The position numbers were made by a program, and so were the translations under genes. Under the pieces are notes generated by a model. It worked only from the letters and a program-made list of their open reading frames with translations, was not told where the DNA came from and ran no database searches. Shown one piece after another: positions 39,054 to 50,460 of a DNA stretch of 64,000 bases; the stretch's first letter is position 1, and every line of letters starts with the position of its first letter. The stretch is taken from the NCBI GenBank assembly GCA_950097015.1, contig CATNEN010000038.1, positions 186,001-250,000 on the forward strand. Direction: 5' to 3'. The stretch is from Macrostomum hystrix (taxonomy: Eukaryota; Animalia; Platyhelminthes).

Positions 39054-39690
39054 GATAAGCAATGTACACTTATTCCTCAAGATCAATGTACACTCCTGTT
39101 CCTGTCCTAGACTATTTCATTGCTTCCCTCAACCTGATAAGCAATGTACACTCCTGTTCCTGTCCTAGACTATTTCATTGCTTCCCTCAACCTGATAAGC
39201 AATGTACATTCCTGTTCCTGTCCTAGACTATTTCATTGCTTCCCTCAACCTGATAAGCAATGTACATTCCTGTTCCTGCCCCAGACTATTTCATTGCTTC
39301 CCTCAACCTGATAAGCAATGTACATTCCTGTTCCTGTCCTAGAATATTTCATTGCTTCCCTCAACCTGATAAGCAATGTACATTCCTGTTCCTGTCCTAG
39401 ACTATTTCATTGCTTCCCTCAACCTGATAAGCAATGTACATTCCTGTTCCTGTCCTAGACTATTTCATTGCTTCCCTCAACCTGATAAGCAATGTACATT
39501 CCTGTTCCTGCCCCAGACTATTTCATTGCTTCCCTCAACCTGATAAGCAATGTACACTCATTCCTCAAGATCAATCTACATTCCTGTTCCTGCCCCAGAC
39601 TATTTCATCTCTTCCCTCAACATGATAAGCAATGTACACTCCTGTTCCTGTCCTAGACTATTTCATTGCTTCCCTCAACCTGATAAGCAA
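39054..39690. repeat. 58-bp tandem repeat TGATAAGCAATGTACATTCCTGTTCCTGTCCTAGACTATTTCATTGCTTCCCTCAACC
   Basis: ~10 units in an LRCH intron. Confidence 0.95.
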
Positions 39691-39773
39691 CGTGGACTCC
39701 TTGCTCTAGCTTTAAGCTGTGTGCACTTTAAGCCCGAAGTGTTCAGTGAGTGAAATTCGGTAAGCCTACTCAC

Positions 39774-40141
39774 CGCTTTTGGTGGAGAAGCACTTACTCG
39801 CAGTCTGCTTAAATAATTAGCTGATGATGAATCGACTGAACTGAATCCATTACTTGACGGGTGCTGCGGCTGCTGCTGCTGTTGTATCTGTCGGTACATC
39901 TGCTGATCAGATCTAGCAGCCGCTCTGCCCAAAGTCTGACCCTCCCTGATGCTCTCCACCGTGAGGTATTTCATCACGTGACGAAGTCCCCTAGCGCAAA
40001 CTGTGGCCGGCGGCGACAGCATCGGGTTGAGGTCCAGGCACAGCTCCAGGAGGGTGTCGTGCAGCAGGCGATAGTCGTGCGGCAGCTGCTGAAGCCGATT
40101 GCTGGCCAGGTCCAGGCAACTGAGCTTCAGAATAGACCATT
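39774..40141 (-). CDS. LRCH: LRCH exon 4 (LSCLDLASNRL...NPMLSPPATVCARGLRHVMKYL...)
   Basis: ATCAG acceptor in phase 1, GCG|GTGAGT donor; LRR C-cap motif. Confidence 0.92.
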
Positions 40142-40452
40142 CTGATTGATTGATTTACGGAAAAATGAGGTTTTTGATTAGTAGATCATTCTGATTGGTT
40201 CATGGGGAAAATGGGGTTGATTCCTGGATCATTCTGATTGGTTCAAGTAAAAAAGCGTTGGTTGGTTAGTAGATGATTCTGATTGGTTCACGGAAAAACG
40301 GTGGTTGGTTCGTGGATTATTCTGATTGGTTAATGGGAAAATGGAGTTGGTTCGTGAATCATTCTGATTGGTTAACTGAAAAAAGAGTTGGTTCGTTTAT
40401 GCATCATTCTGATTGGTTTGTGGAAAATGAATTTGCTAGTAGATTATTCTGC
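40138..40452. repeat. degenerate ~43-47 bp repeat with ATTCTGATTGGTT core
   Basis: 7-8 copies of the core; the first overlaps the LRCH exon 4 acceptor. Confidence 0.8.
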
Positions 40453-40710
40453 TTGACTTATTGGAAAAGAGTAAACCCATTAGCGTCAATTCAAAAAAGA
40501 ATAAATTAAGATTGTTCACCGTTATCGACCAAGTTCATAGATAATAGGCTGAATGATTTGTTAAATACATAATTTACGACTTACAAATTCATCAATAACA
40601 CAAAGAGCACCCACTTGGCGTGCAAAATATAAAAATAACGGCAGCAACAACCAGATGTGAACTGAATCTGTAAATATAAACTATATGTTGAGAAAAAAAC
40701 TTTCACTTAC

Positions 40711-40816
40711 CGCCGGGCACAGTAATTAGCTTATTATTGCGCAACTTAAGCACCCTGAGCCGTTCCAGTTTGGCCAGCTGAGGTGAAGCCGAATGCAATG
40801 CGTTGCTACTGGCCTC
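40711..40816 (-). CDS. LRCH: LRCH exon 3 (EASSNALHSASPQLAKLERLRVLKLRNNKLITVPG)
   Basis: TTTAG acceptor, G|GTAAGT donor; LRR pattern; not in the ORF track. Confidence 0.9.
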
Positions 40817-40904
40817 CTAAATATGATCACATTTTAAACAGCGAGTAGGAATTTTTCTAATAAATTTGGCGTATTGTGTCTCACGGAATGACGAAAAACT
40901 CAAG

Positions 40905-43900
40905 AATCTGACAGAACGACAGTCCTAAATGTAGTTGAGGATCTGACATGACAGTCCTTAATCTACTAGGGATCTCACATGACAGTCCTTAATCTACTTG
41001 GGATCTGACATGACAGTCCTAAATCTACTTGGGATCTGACATGACAGTCCCTAATCTACTTGGGATCTGACATGACAGTCCTTAATCTACTTGGGATCTG
41101 ACATGACAGTCCTTAATCTACTTGCGATCTGATATGACAGTCCTTAATCTACTTGGGATCTGACATGACGGTCCTTAATCTACTTGGGATCTGGCATGAC
41201 GGTCCTTAATCTACTTGGGATCTGACATGACAGTCCTAAATCTTCTAGGGATCTGACATGACAGTCCTTAATCTACTTGGGATCTGACATGACGGTCCTT
41301 AATCTACTTGGGATCTGGCATGACGGTCCTTAATCTACTAGGGATCTGACATGACGGTCCTTAATCTACTTGGGATCTGACATGACGGTCCTTAATCTAC
41401 TAGGGATCTGACATGACGGTCCTTAATCTACTTGGGATCTGACATGACGGTCCTTAATCTACTTGGGATCTGACATGACAGTCCTTAATCTACTTGGGAT
41501 CTGACATGACAGTCCTTAATCTACTTGCGATCTGATATGACAGTCCTTAATCTACTTGGGATCTGACATGACAGTCCTTAATCTACTTGGGATCTGGCAT
41601 GACGGTCCTTAATCTACTTGGGATCTGACATGACAGTCCTTAATCTACTTGGGATCTGAAATGACAGTCCTTAATCTACTTGGGATCTGACATGACAGTC
41701 CCTAATCTACTTGGGATCTGACATGACAGTCCTTAATCTACTTGGGATCTGACATGACGGTCCTTAATCTACTTGGGATCTGGCATGACAGTCCTTAATC
41801 TACTTGGGATCTGGCATGACGGTCCTTAATCTACTAGGGATCTGACATGACGGTCCTTAATCTTCTAGGGATCTGACATGACGGTCCTTAATCTACTTGG
41901 GATCTGACATGACGGTCCTTAATCTACTAGGGATCTGACATGACGGTCCTTAATCTACTTGGGATCTGACATGACGGTCCTTAATCTACTTGGGATCTGA
42001 CATGACAGTCCTTAATCTACTTGGGATCTGACATGACAGTCCTTAATCTTCTAGGGATCTGGCATGACAGTCCTTAATCTACTAGGGATCTGACATGACG
42101 GTCCTTAATCTACTTGGGATCTGACATGACGGTCCTTAATCTACTTGGGATCTGACATGACGGTCCTTAATCTACTTGGGATCTGACATGACAGTCCTTA
42201 ATCTACTTGGGATCTGACATGACAGTCCTTAATCTACTTGCGATCTGATATGACAGTCCTTAATCTACTTGGGATCTGACATGACAGTCCTTAATCTACT
42301 TGGGATCTGGCATGACGGTCCTTAATCTACTTGGGATCTGACATGACAGTCCTTAATCTACTTGGGATCTGGCATGACGGTCCTTAATCTACTTGGGATC
42401 TGACATGACAGTCCTTAATCTTCTAGGGATCTGACATGACAGTCCTTAATCTACTTGGGATCTGACATGACGGTCCTTAATCTACTTGGGATCTGGCATG
42501 ACAGTCCTTAATCTACTTGGGATCTGGCATGACGGTCCTTAATCTACTAGGGATCTGACATGACGGTCCTTAATCTTCTAGGGATCTGACATGACGGTCC
42601 TTAATCTACTTGGGATCTGACATGACGGTCCTTAATCTACTAGGGATCTGACATGACGGTCCTTAATCTACTTGGGATCTGACATGACGGTCCTTAATCT
42701 ACTTGGGATCTGACATGACAGTCCTTAATCTACTTGGGATCTGACATGACAGTCCTTAATCTTCTAGGGATCTGGCATGACAGTCCTTAATCTACTTCGG
42801 ATCTGACATGACAGTCCCTAATCTACTTGGGATCTGACATGACGGTCCTTAATCTACTTGGGATCTGGCATGACGGTCCTTAATCTACTAGGGATCTGAC
42901 ATGACGGTCCTTAATCTACTTGGGATCTGACATGACGGTCCTTAATCTACTAGGGATCTGACATGACGGTCCTTAATCTACTTGGGATCTGACATGACGG
43001 TCCTTAATCTACTTGGGATCTGACATGACAGTCCTTAATCTACTTGGGATCTGACATGACAGTCCTTAATCTACTTGCGATCTGATATGACAGTCCTTAA
43101 TCTACTTGGGATCTGACATGACAGTCCTTAATCTACTTGGGATCTGGCATGACGGTCCTTAATCTACTTGGGATCTGACATGACAGTCCTTAATCTACTT
43201 GGGATCTGAAATGACAGTCCTTAATCTACTTGGGATCTGACATGACAGTCCCTAATCTACTTGGGATCTGACATGACAGTCCTTAATCTACTTGGGATCT
43301 GACATGACAGTCCCTAATCTACTTGGGATCTGACATGACAGTCCTTAATCTACTTGGGATCTGACATGACAGTCCTTAATCTACTTGCGATCTGATATGA
43401 CAGTCCTTAATCTACTTGGGATCTGACATGACGGTCCTTAATCTACTTGGGATCTGGCATGACGGTCCTTAATCTACTTGGGATCTGACATGACAGTCCT
43501 AAATCTTCTAGGGATCTGACATGACAGTCCTTAATCTACTTGGGATCTGACATGACGGTCCTTAATCTACTTGGGATCTGGCATGACGGTCCTTAATCTA
43601 CTAGGGATCTGACATGACGGTCCTTAATCTACTTGGGATCTGACATGACGGTCCTTAATCTACTAGGGATCTGACATGACGGTCCTTAATCTACTTGGGA
43701 TCTGACATGACGGTCCTTAATCTACTTGGGATCTGACATGACAGTCCTTAATCTACTTGGGATCTGACATGACAGTCCTTAATCTACTTGCGATCTGATA
43801 TGACAGTCCTTAATCTACTTGGGATCTGACATGACAGTCCTTAATCTACTTGGGATCTGGCATGACGGTCCTTAATCTACTTGGGATCTGACATGACAGT

Positions 43901-44420
43901 CCTTAATCTACTTGGGATCTGGCATGACGGTCCTTAATCTACTTGGGATCTGACATGACAGTCCTAAATCTTCTAGGGATCTGACATGACAGTCCTTAAT
44001 CTACTTGGGATCTGACATGACGGTCCTTAATCTACTTGGGATCTGGCATGACAGTCCTTAATCTACTTGGGATCTGGCATGACGGTCCTTAATCTACTAG
44101 GGATCTGACATGACGGTCCTTAATCTTCTAGGGATCTGACATGACGGTCCTTAATCTACTTGGGATCTGACATGACGGTCCTTAATCTACTAGGGATCTG
44201 ACATGACGGTCCTTAATCTACTTGGGATCTGACATGACGGTCCTTAATCTACTTGGGATCTGACATGACAGTCCTTAATCTACTTGGGATCTGACATGAC
44301 AGTCCTTAATCTTCTAGGGATCTGGCATGACAGTCCTTAATCTACTTCGGATCTGACATGACAGTCCCTAATCTACTTGGGATCTGACATGACAGTCCTT
44401 AATCTACTTAGGATCTGACA
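40905..44420. repeat. 31-bp satellite GACATGACAGTCCTTAATCTACTTGGGATCT with 1550-bp higher-order duplication
   Basis: ~113 units filling LRCH intron 2. Confidence 0.97.
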
Positions 44421-44466
44421 GAATGAAAGCTAGTTCTAAACCAACTGAAGAATAAGGAAATCTCAC

Positions 44467-44741
44467 CAAGTGCACAAGCTGAGTCAATCCAGATAACTCA
44501 TGTGGCAGCTCAGTCAGTTTATTGCAATTCAGCAGTAATATCTGCAGTGATCTGAGCTCACACACAGCTGCAGGCAGTTGAGTTAAACTGTTATAGCTGA
44601 GATCAAGCTGTTGCAGATTATTTAGCACCCTGAATGTGTCTGGCAATGAACGAATAGAATTGTGAGAGCAGTCGATAACCTTCACAAACTGGCAGCAGCA
44701 CAAGTGTTTCGGAAATTCCACGAGTCGATTGTAGGAGACGT
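44467..44741 (-). CDS. LRCH: LRCH exon 2, LRRs
   Basis: LxxLxLxxNxL repeats; CACAG acceptor, GTGAGA donor. Confidence 0.93.
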
Positions 44742-45063
44742 CTGTGAAATTTATTTAGCAGGAAAGAAACTATATTAGAGAAATTTCTTTTTTGATTGCA
44801 ACAGGAACTAGACATTTCAACAGGAATCTGCTTTAAAGAAGTTACACAAGGCAGAAGCAAGCAAAAACGCCCAATATAGCAACTGCAACAGCTAGAAAAA
44901 CAATTAGAATAGCAAGAAAGCACAGCCACAGCAATTGTGCACTGCATCTGAAGGCAGTTCAGTCCATGGACTAGAAGCATGCCGCACCTACCCATGATTT
45001 ACTACTGTAGATAGATCATGCTAATATTCTTATATAATTGGTTAAGTTAAAAAAAAGCTTTGT

Positions 45064-45175
45064 TTAAGTGTCTTGCTGAGGGATCACAAATTGTTTTAGT
45101 GGGTCAAGATAAGAATTTAAGCCAGAAAATCAAGTTGTGAGTACAAGTTGTGAGCTCTAACCAACTGCAACCATT
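45064..45175 (-). mobile_element. SINE family A, degraded fragment
   Basis: AAGTGTCTTGCTGAGGGA..AAATTGTT..AGTGG matches 1821-1856. Confidence 0.45.
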
Positions 45176-45749
45176 TAGCTATAACTATATATTGCTTATA
45201 GTAGCTATAGCTAGATAAACCTATTGTAGGTCATTTCTATGAGGGGAATTTAGCTGAAACTTTTAGACAATTTATTGACAGCTTTGCCAAAACATTAGTT
45301 GGTATATACTATGTAGTTCTATCTAAATGTAGTCAAATTATATAATACAATCTAACCAGAGTTCTAAAGCCTAGCTAAGCTATTAAGTATTTAAATTCAA
45401 ACAAAACTTATAAACTAATGAGTATTTATACGAGTTATTTATTTATATTTAGTTATTTATATTTAGCTCGTACTATTCAAAAATCTAATGTATGACTATA
45501 AAAGACAATAATATGGTCCTAGACTTATAAAAATCTAAATTAAATGATAGACAAAGTTTTATATTGCAACTGGCTACATTTAGCTATACTTGCCTATAAA
45601 AATAAGTTTTCTTCTTTAAACTATGAATTTTGCTAGATAGCTTTTTAACCTAACTAAAACCATTCAATAGCTTGCTTGAAATGTGTCTATGTTGTAAATA
45701 TCTTGTCATGCAAAAAATTACATATTAAACACGTTTTAAAAGATTTTAC

Positions 45750-45897
45750 CTATGTGTAATAAATCATATAGATTAAATCCACCAATTGTTGCAGGAAGTA
45801 TTTTAAGCTTTTTCTTTGATAGTTTAAGGTATCCATTTTTCTCTGCATCAGCAAAAACTTTCTCAATGGATTTATCACTGCTATTTATTCCTGCCAT
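45750..45897 (-). CDS. LRCH: LRCH exon 1 (MAGINSSDKSIEKVFADAEKNGYLKLSKKKLKILP...)
   Basis: ATG; G|GTAAAA donor; matches RSLERALEEA..SG.L.LS.RKLKEFP. Confidence 0.88.
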
Positions 45898-46535
45898 TGT
45901 GAAACTAGATTAAGATTTTCATGTCCTCTTGAAAATGCATAATCAAAGTTACACCAGACCTAGAAAAAGTTTGAAGCGAAATGAAACTCATAAATACAAG
46001 AGGCTAGGGTAGCTAGCCGGTTGTGTCTAGCTATTTACTATTGGTCTTACTATGACATAAGAAACAGCAGCAATTCGTGATGACAATGTTACCAATTATT
46101 ATTTAATCGACAATACTTGTTTATCAAAGCAAATATAATAATCTAACTAAACGAAGTAACTTTTAAAGCACTAAAACACCAGGTTATCTGTAAGTTTATC
46201 TAATAGCTATGTCTAGCTTTATGGCGATATAAATTTATATTACACTTTAAAACAATGCAGCTAATACACTTCTGTGTCGATCAATTATTCAAAAATATAT
46301 ATATATTAGCAAGCTGAAAAGTTTAGCTTAACAGTTTCAAACTCAAAATAATTATAATTATATTGTACAGCTACACGTGGTGGAGGCAGAGCAAAATCTC
46401 CAAAGGTGCGAAATATGTAACCGCCGTTATGCATTTCCTGCAAATTACGATTTTATATTTCTTAACACTATAACAAAAGCTCCTTTTCTACAACGTGTGA
46501 ATTATCATCAGCCGTGTTGACGACTCTTAGGCTAC

Positions 46536-46918
46536 ATCGAACATGCGCGACGGTCGCCTAATAGGCAACTCCGAACATGTTCTTTGTTCCGAGAACATGT
46601 TCTTTTAAATTAATAAGGCTACTTAATGTATTTTAATGAATTAATAACATGAAGAAAAAACTATGCCTTCCTTGGCATGAGGTCAACAAACAAGACAGAG
46701 TTAAACCCATACTATATATGTCTAGTATGGTTTAACACACGCACATGGTTTAACTCTTTCTTGTTTGTTGACCTCATGCCAAGGAAGGCATAGTTTTTTC
46801 TTCATGTTATTAATTCATTAAAATACATTAAGTAGCCTTATTAATTTAAAAGAACATGTTCTCGGAACAAAGAACATGTTCGGAGTTGCCTATTAGGCGA
46901 CCGTCGCACATGTTCGAT
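46536..46918. mobile_element. foldback / near-perfect palindromic element (~175-bp arms)
   Basis: Arms 46536-46710 and 46745-46918 with about two substitutions and a 1-bp indel; TAC on both flanks. Confidence 0.85.
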
Positions 46919-47207
46919 TACTGTTTCTTAGACCCTATCTCTGTCAACACGGGTGGAATTATTCGTACAATGGAGTTACACTGACAACGGTTAGTAACCG
47001 CCAGTAACGGTTTTATTGAGTTAGGTCATAATTTTGCTGCACAATCAAATCAGCTTCAGCGCATAATTGCTATTGTTGTATTTTTTATATCTCATACCGG
47101 AGGAATTCGCTGCCAAGCTTTGCTTGATCGATTGCCAACTACAAGTAGCTGAATACACCGAGAAGAATAGCGGAACGGAATGCGCACCTGCGGTGCAAGC
47201 AAAAGAG

Positions 47208-47317
47208 ATAGCTTCGGGGTGATATTGTACGCGCAGTGTAGCAACTCGCTCGATCTTCGCTGATCTTAAAGGCTGTATGCAGCAGGCCATTGCAGCTTAA
47301 ACAGCTGTCACCGATCA
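47208..47317 (+). repeat. ~115-bp direct repeat, copy 1
   Basis: GATATTGTAC..GCAGTGTAGCA.CTCGCTCGATCTTCGCTGATCTTAAA..CTGTCACCGATCA, also at 48606-48723. Confidence 0.88.
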
Positions 47318-47840
47318 GGTAGCTATAGGATGTCGGACTGCAGGACAGCCCTCACAGAACAAGAGGTAGCCTTGACGAGCCCGTTATTCAACTGAAGTAA
47401 CGGGGAGTTAATTAGTGTCTATAGCTTAAGGCGAAAAACTGTTTTGGACTCGCTCTCTTTGAGAGTTGAAGAAAAACAGAGTATGAGAGCTACGTCATTT
47501 TAGTCAAATTCGTCCGACATTATAAACTTATACAGTCCTGCTTTACACATAATATGAGTTACATCAGAAAACCGAAAACTTGTTAACTTTTCTGCGCAGA
47601 ACAAAATGTAACAAATTTATTAATTCGCCAAGTAAATTAAGAGTAAAAAACTAAATATATTTAGAGAGCTTTAGTTTTTACTTGGAACTCAAAGTTTTGT
47701 TCTGTGATTGTCCATATACGAGTGTATTTCATGTCTTAACTATTTAATTGTCATCTGTAAATGTATTTTGTCTATACTCTATAGTATGTGGTCTGTATAA
47801 TCGCATGAGCGCCGCAATCAACCATTGGTGAGTCTTGCAT

Positions 47841-48110
47841 TTATCCTGCATGTCTGTTAGCCTCGGTGAAGTCAGCAATAGCGCACTGCCGCTCCCTGAT
47901 TGTAGTTAATTGCCGGCAGCTGAGATTCGGTTTCAATTTGCTGCACTCACAGTCGTAATCAGAGTCGCAATCTCTACCGAACTTTTGCTCCAGGCAGGCC
48001 GTGTACATTGCGGATTGCTGTTTGTTGATGCTTGCAGCGGAGATTAAAGAGGCCACGACAGGAATAGCCAGGCAGATTAGGTGCAGGCGCATTGCTGTTA
48101 TCTCTGACAT
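47841..48110 (-). CDS. intronless small secreted cysteine-rich peptide (89 aa, 6 Cys after the signal peptide)
   Basis: ATG at 48110 (or 48092); hydrophobic signal MRLHLICLAIPVVASLISA; C-x8-C-x5-C-x-C-x8-C-x10-C; terminal Gly; TATA-like TATATA ~95 nt upstream; AATAAA at 47621-47616. Confidence 0.72.
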   Translation of the reverse strand: MSEITAMRLHLICLAIPVVASLISAASINKQQSAMYTACLEQKFGRDCDSDYDCECSKLKPNLSCRQLTTIRERQCAIADFTEANRHAG

Positions 48111-48256
48111 GGTACAGGGAGACAGGACTATTGAGCATTTTTTTATACAAAAGAATTGAGATTCTACAGCCCATGCAGGATAGAAATGGCACCTGATGAG
48201 CCGTATATAATAAAGTAGGGGCTGTACAAATAGTAGATAGAGCGACTCCCGACCCC

Positions 48257-48380
48257 ACTGGAACAATGTGTGTCCTGTTAAATGGGTATAACCAGCACAT
48301 TAGTTGGAGAGGGAGGGTCGGGCGTCCCCCACAGTCCATGGACTGAACAGTTGTACGCAGCGTTCAGAAGCTGCGGCTGC
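48257..48380 (+). mobile_element. SINE family A, truncated copy
   Basis: ACTGGAACAAT, CTGTTAAATGGGTA and CAGTCCATGGACTGAACAG shared with other copies. Confidence 0.7.
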
Positions 48381-48605
48381 AAATACTTACACTTCTCCAC
48401 CAAACGTAAATACACTCGCAGATATGAAGCAGTCTCGCTTAGATTTACGGTCCGAGCAGTGCTACCTCAAAAATATCGCCTACCAAAAGAAAAGGAAGTT
48501 TTGTGACTATAAAATGTATTCCGCAAACATTCCGATTGCCTGCAGAATTCCGATCGAAATCCGATGATCCGAAATCTGACTGACATTTTGTTATAATACC
48601 CCCCT

Positions 48606-48723
48606 ATAGCTGCGGGGTACAGATATTGTACATGCAGTGTAGCAGCTCGCTCGATCTTCGCTGATCTTAAAAGCTGTACGCAGCAGGCCCATGCAGCCTA
48701 AACAGCGAGTCTGTCACCGATCA
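48606..48723 (+). repeat. ~115-bp direct repeat, copy 2
   Basis: Diverged copy of 47208-47317. Confidence 0.88.
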
Positions 48724-49479
48724 CCCTGTAGAAAAGGTGCTGGCTAAACGGTGGCGAAACGGCGGCTACGATCGATAAATATCCCGATAAATTTGCTGTT
48801 TTGCTGGCTGAATTTACTATCAGTGGCTAAATTTCGCCACCGCTCGGCCATCGATCAATATTTCAGAAATCGATTGATGTGCAAACCACTCTCGTCGTAT
48901 GAAAGCACAGTTGTAGTTAACATTTTATTTAAAATACTTTATAAGCTAAACTACTCTTTATTTTGCAAGCCTATAATATAGTAATTGCAGTTGCATATTT
49001 TCTTTTTTGGACGATAATTTTTCGCTTACATAATCGCTGGTTGTTGGCGACTGGCTAGTACATTTCGCCACACAACAAATTAAATTATAAGATGTGCCAC
49101 TATCTTTCCATTGCCATATTTTTCGAAGAAAGTAATAAATATATGAGTCGTTTAATTATGCAAAACTAATGCGCGTGTATTAAATAAAAGTTAACTGCAT
49201 TTGTTTTACTTTGTTTTAAGGTGTTAAGATTTAAGTCATTTTCTAAAAGATGAGTGTAACTTTTCCCACTCGATATCCCGCTCGACATTCTGATCGATAT
49301 TCCGACAGATAATGCAGTGTACTTAAACAAAAGCTAGAAGAAATATATAAAAATAATAAGTCTCTATATATTTTTAATACTCATTATAGTTTTTTATAAT
49401 AAGCATTATCTTTTTCCACTATTTTTCTCCAAAACAAAACAGTTAAAATGCATTACATTTCAATAAATTAAAATGCATT

Positions 49480-49800
49480 AACTGTCGGGATGATGCACTT
49501 ACTGTCGGGTCATGTGGTGATTTAACTGTCCGGACGATGAATTAACTGTCGGGATGATGGATTAACTGTCGGGATGATGGATTAACTGTCGGGATGATGG
49601 ATTAACTGTCGGGATGATGGATTAACTGTCGGGATGATGGATAAACTGTCGGGATGATGGATTAACTGTCGGGATGATGGATTAACTGTCGGGATGATGG
49701 ATTAACTGTCGGGATGATGGATTAACTTTCGGGATGATGCATGCATTAAATATCGGGATAAATTATTGACTGTGGGGTCATGTCCTGATTTACCTGTCGG
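49480..49800. repeat. 20-bp minisatellite ATTAACTGTCGGGATGATGG
   Basis: ~10 near-perfect units plus degenerate flanks. Confidence 0.94.
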
Positions 49801-49929
49801 GACAACTGATTAATTGTCGCTAATTCATTTTCTGGTTCCTGCTTCTTGAAAATGTTTCGTCCTTTGACGACCCGGACGGCGCACTGTGACATCCGCAACA
49901 GGACGGAGTTTTTTTAGCAGAAGCCGTAC

Positions 49930-50460
49930 GAGAGGCTCCCAAGACTCCTGCCACAGCGCTTGTGCGACCAGCGTGTCAACGATTTTAACCTGTACTGACT
50001 TCCTGTCGGAGCGGATACACTGGTGGTCGGGGACCTAAGCACTCGTCACCGGATGCGGGACCACTCCTGCCAAGCCGATGACCACCTGGGAGTGGAGCTT
50101 GAGCGATGGGTGGCGGCCGATGGCTTCCTCGCCTCGGCAGCCCTACCTGCGTCAGCTACCGCGGTGTTGCCTCAGCACCGGACGTCACCTTCGCCAATGC
50201 GATCTGGTCCGAATAGATTTCCTAGCACCCCTGGCAGACGAAATGGTTTTCGACCACCTAACAACGGGTTCATGGCTGCCGCCTTTCCGCGGCGGACCTG
50301 TCTGGCTTCGTCCGGCAAAGTGCAGCCATTGCTGGAGTCTCCGCATGGAAACTCCTCGCGCAAAGTAGGGTTTTTCGCTGCTGACCCAGGCCTTCCAGCT
50401 CACATGGCCCGGCTACTGCTGAGAGCTGCAGACATTGAAGCGAACCCGGGCCAGCCCCGT
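49930..50460 (+). pseudogene. non-LTR retrotransposon fragments: APE endonuclease piece and 5' region with 2A-like motif
   Basis: VVGDLSTRH..RD.....DHLG..LERW resembles APE GDFNAHH..WD; MARLLLRAADIEANPGQP resembles 2A DxExNPGP. Confidence 0.6.

Larger units (their letters stand above)
32324..45897 (-). other. LRCH: LRCH-family gene (leucine-rich repeats plus C-terminal calponin-homology domain), 7 coding exons
   Basis: Exons 45897-45750, 44741-44467, 40816-40711, 40141-39774, 37000-36577, 36018-35750, 32440-32324 are all phase-consistent. They show the LRCH N-terminal motif, LRRs, NP..SPPA..C..G..H..KYL and CH domain DGVLLC.LAN...HVP...RRN.ENFL..CR.IG. Confidence 0.93.

Noticed and set aside
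39054-44420. CRISPR-like appearance of the 31-58 bp arrays
   Set aside because: Head-to-tail units without unique spacers, no cas genes, eukaryotic context.
48193-48230. CTGATGAG hammerhead-like core (also minus strand ~46510)
   Set aside because: No convincing stem II followed by GAAA, and no stems I/III.
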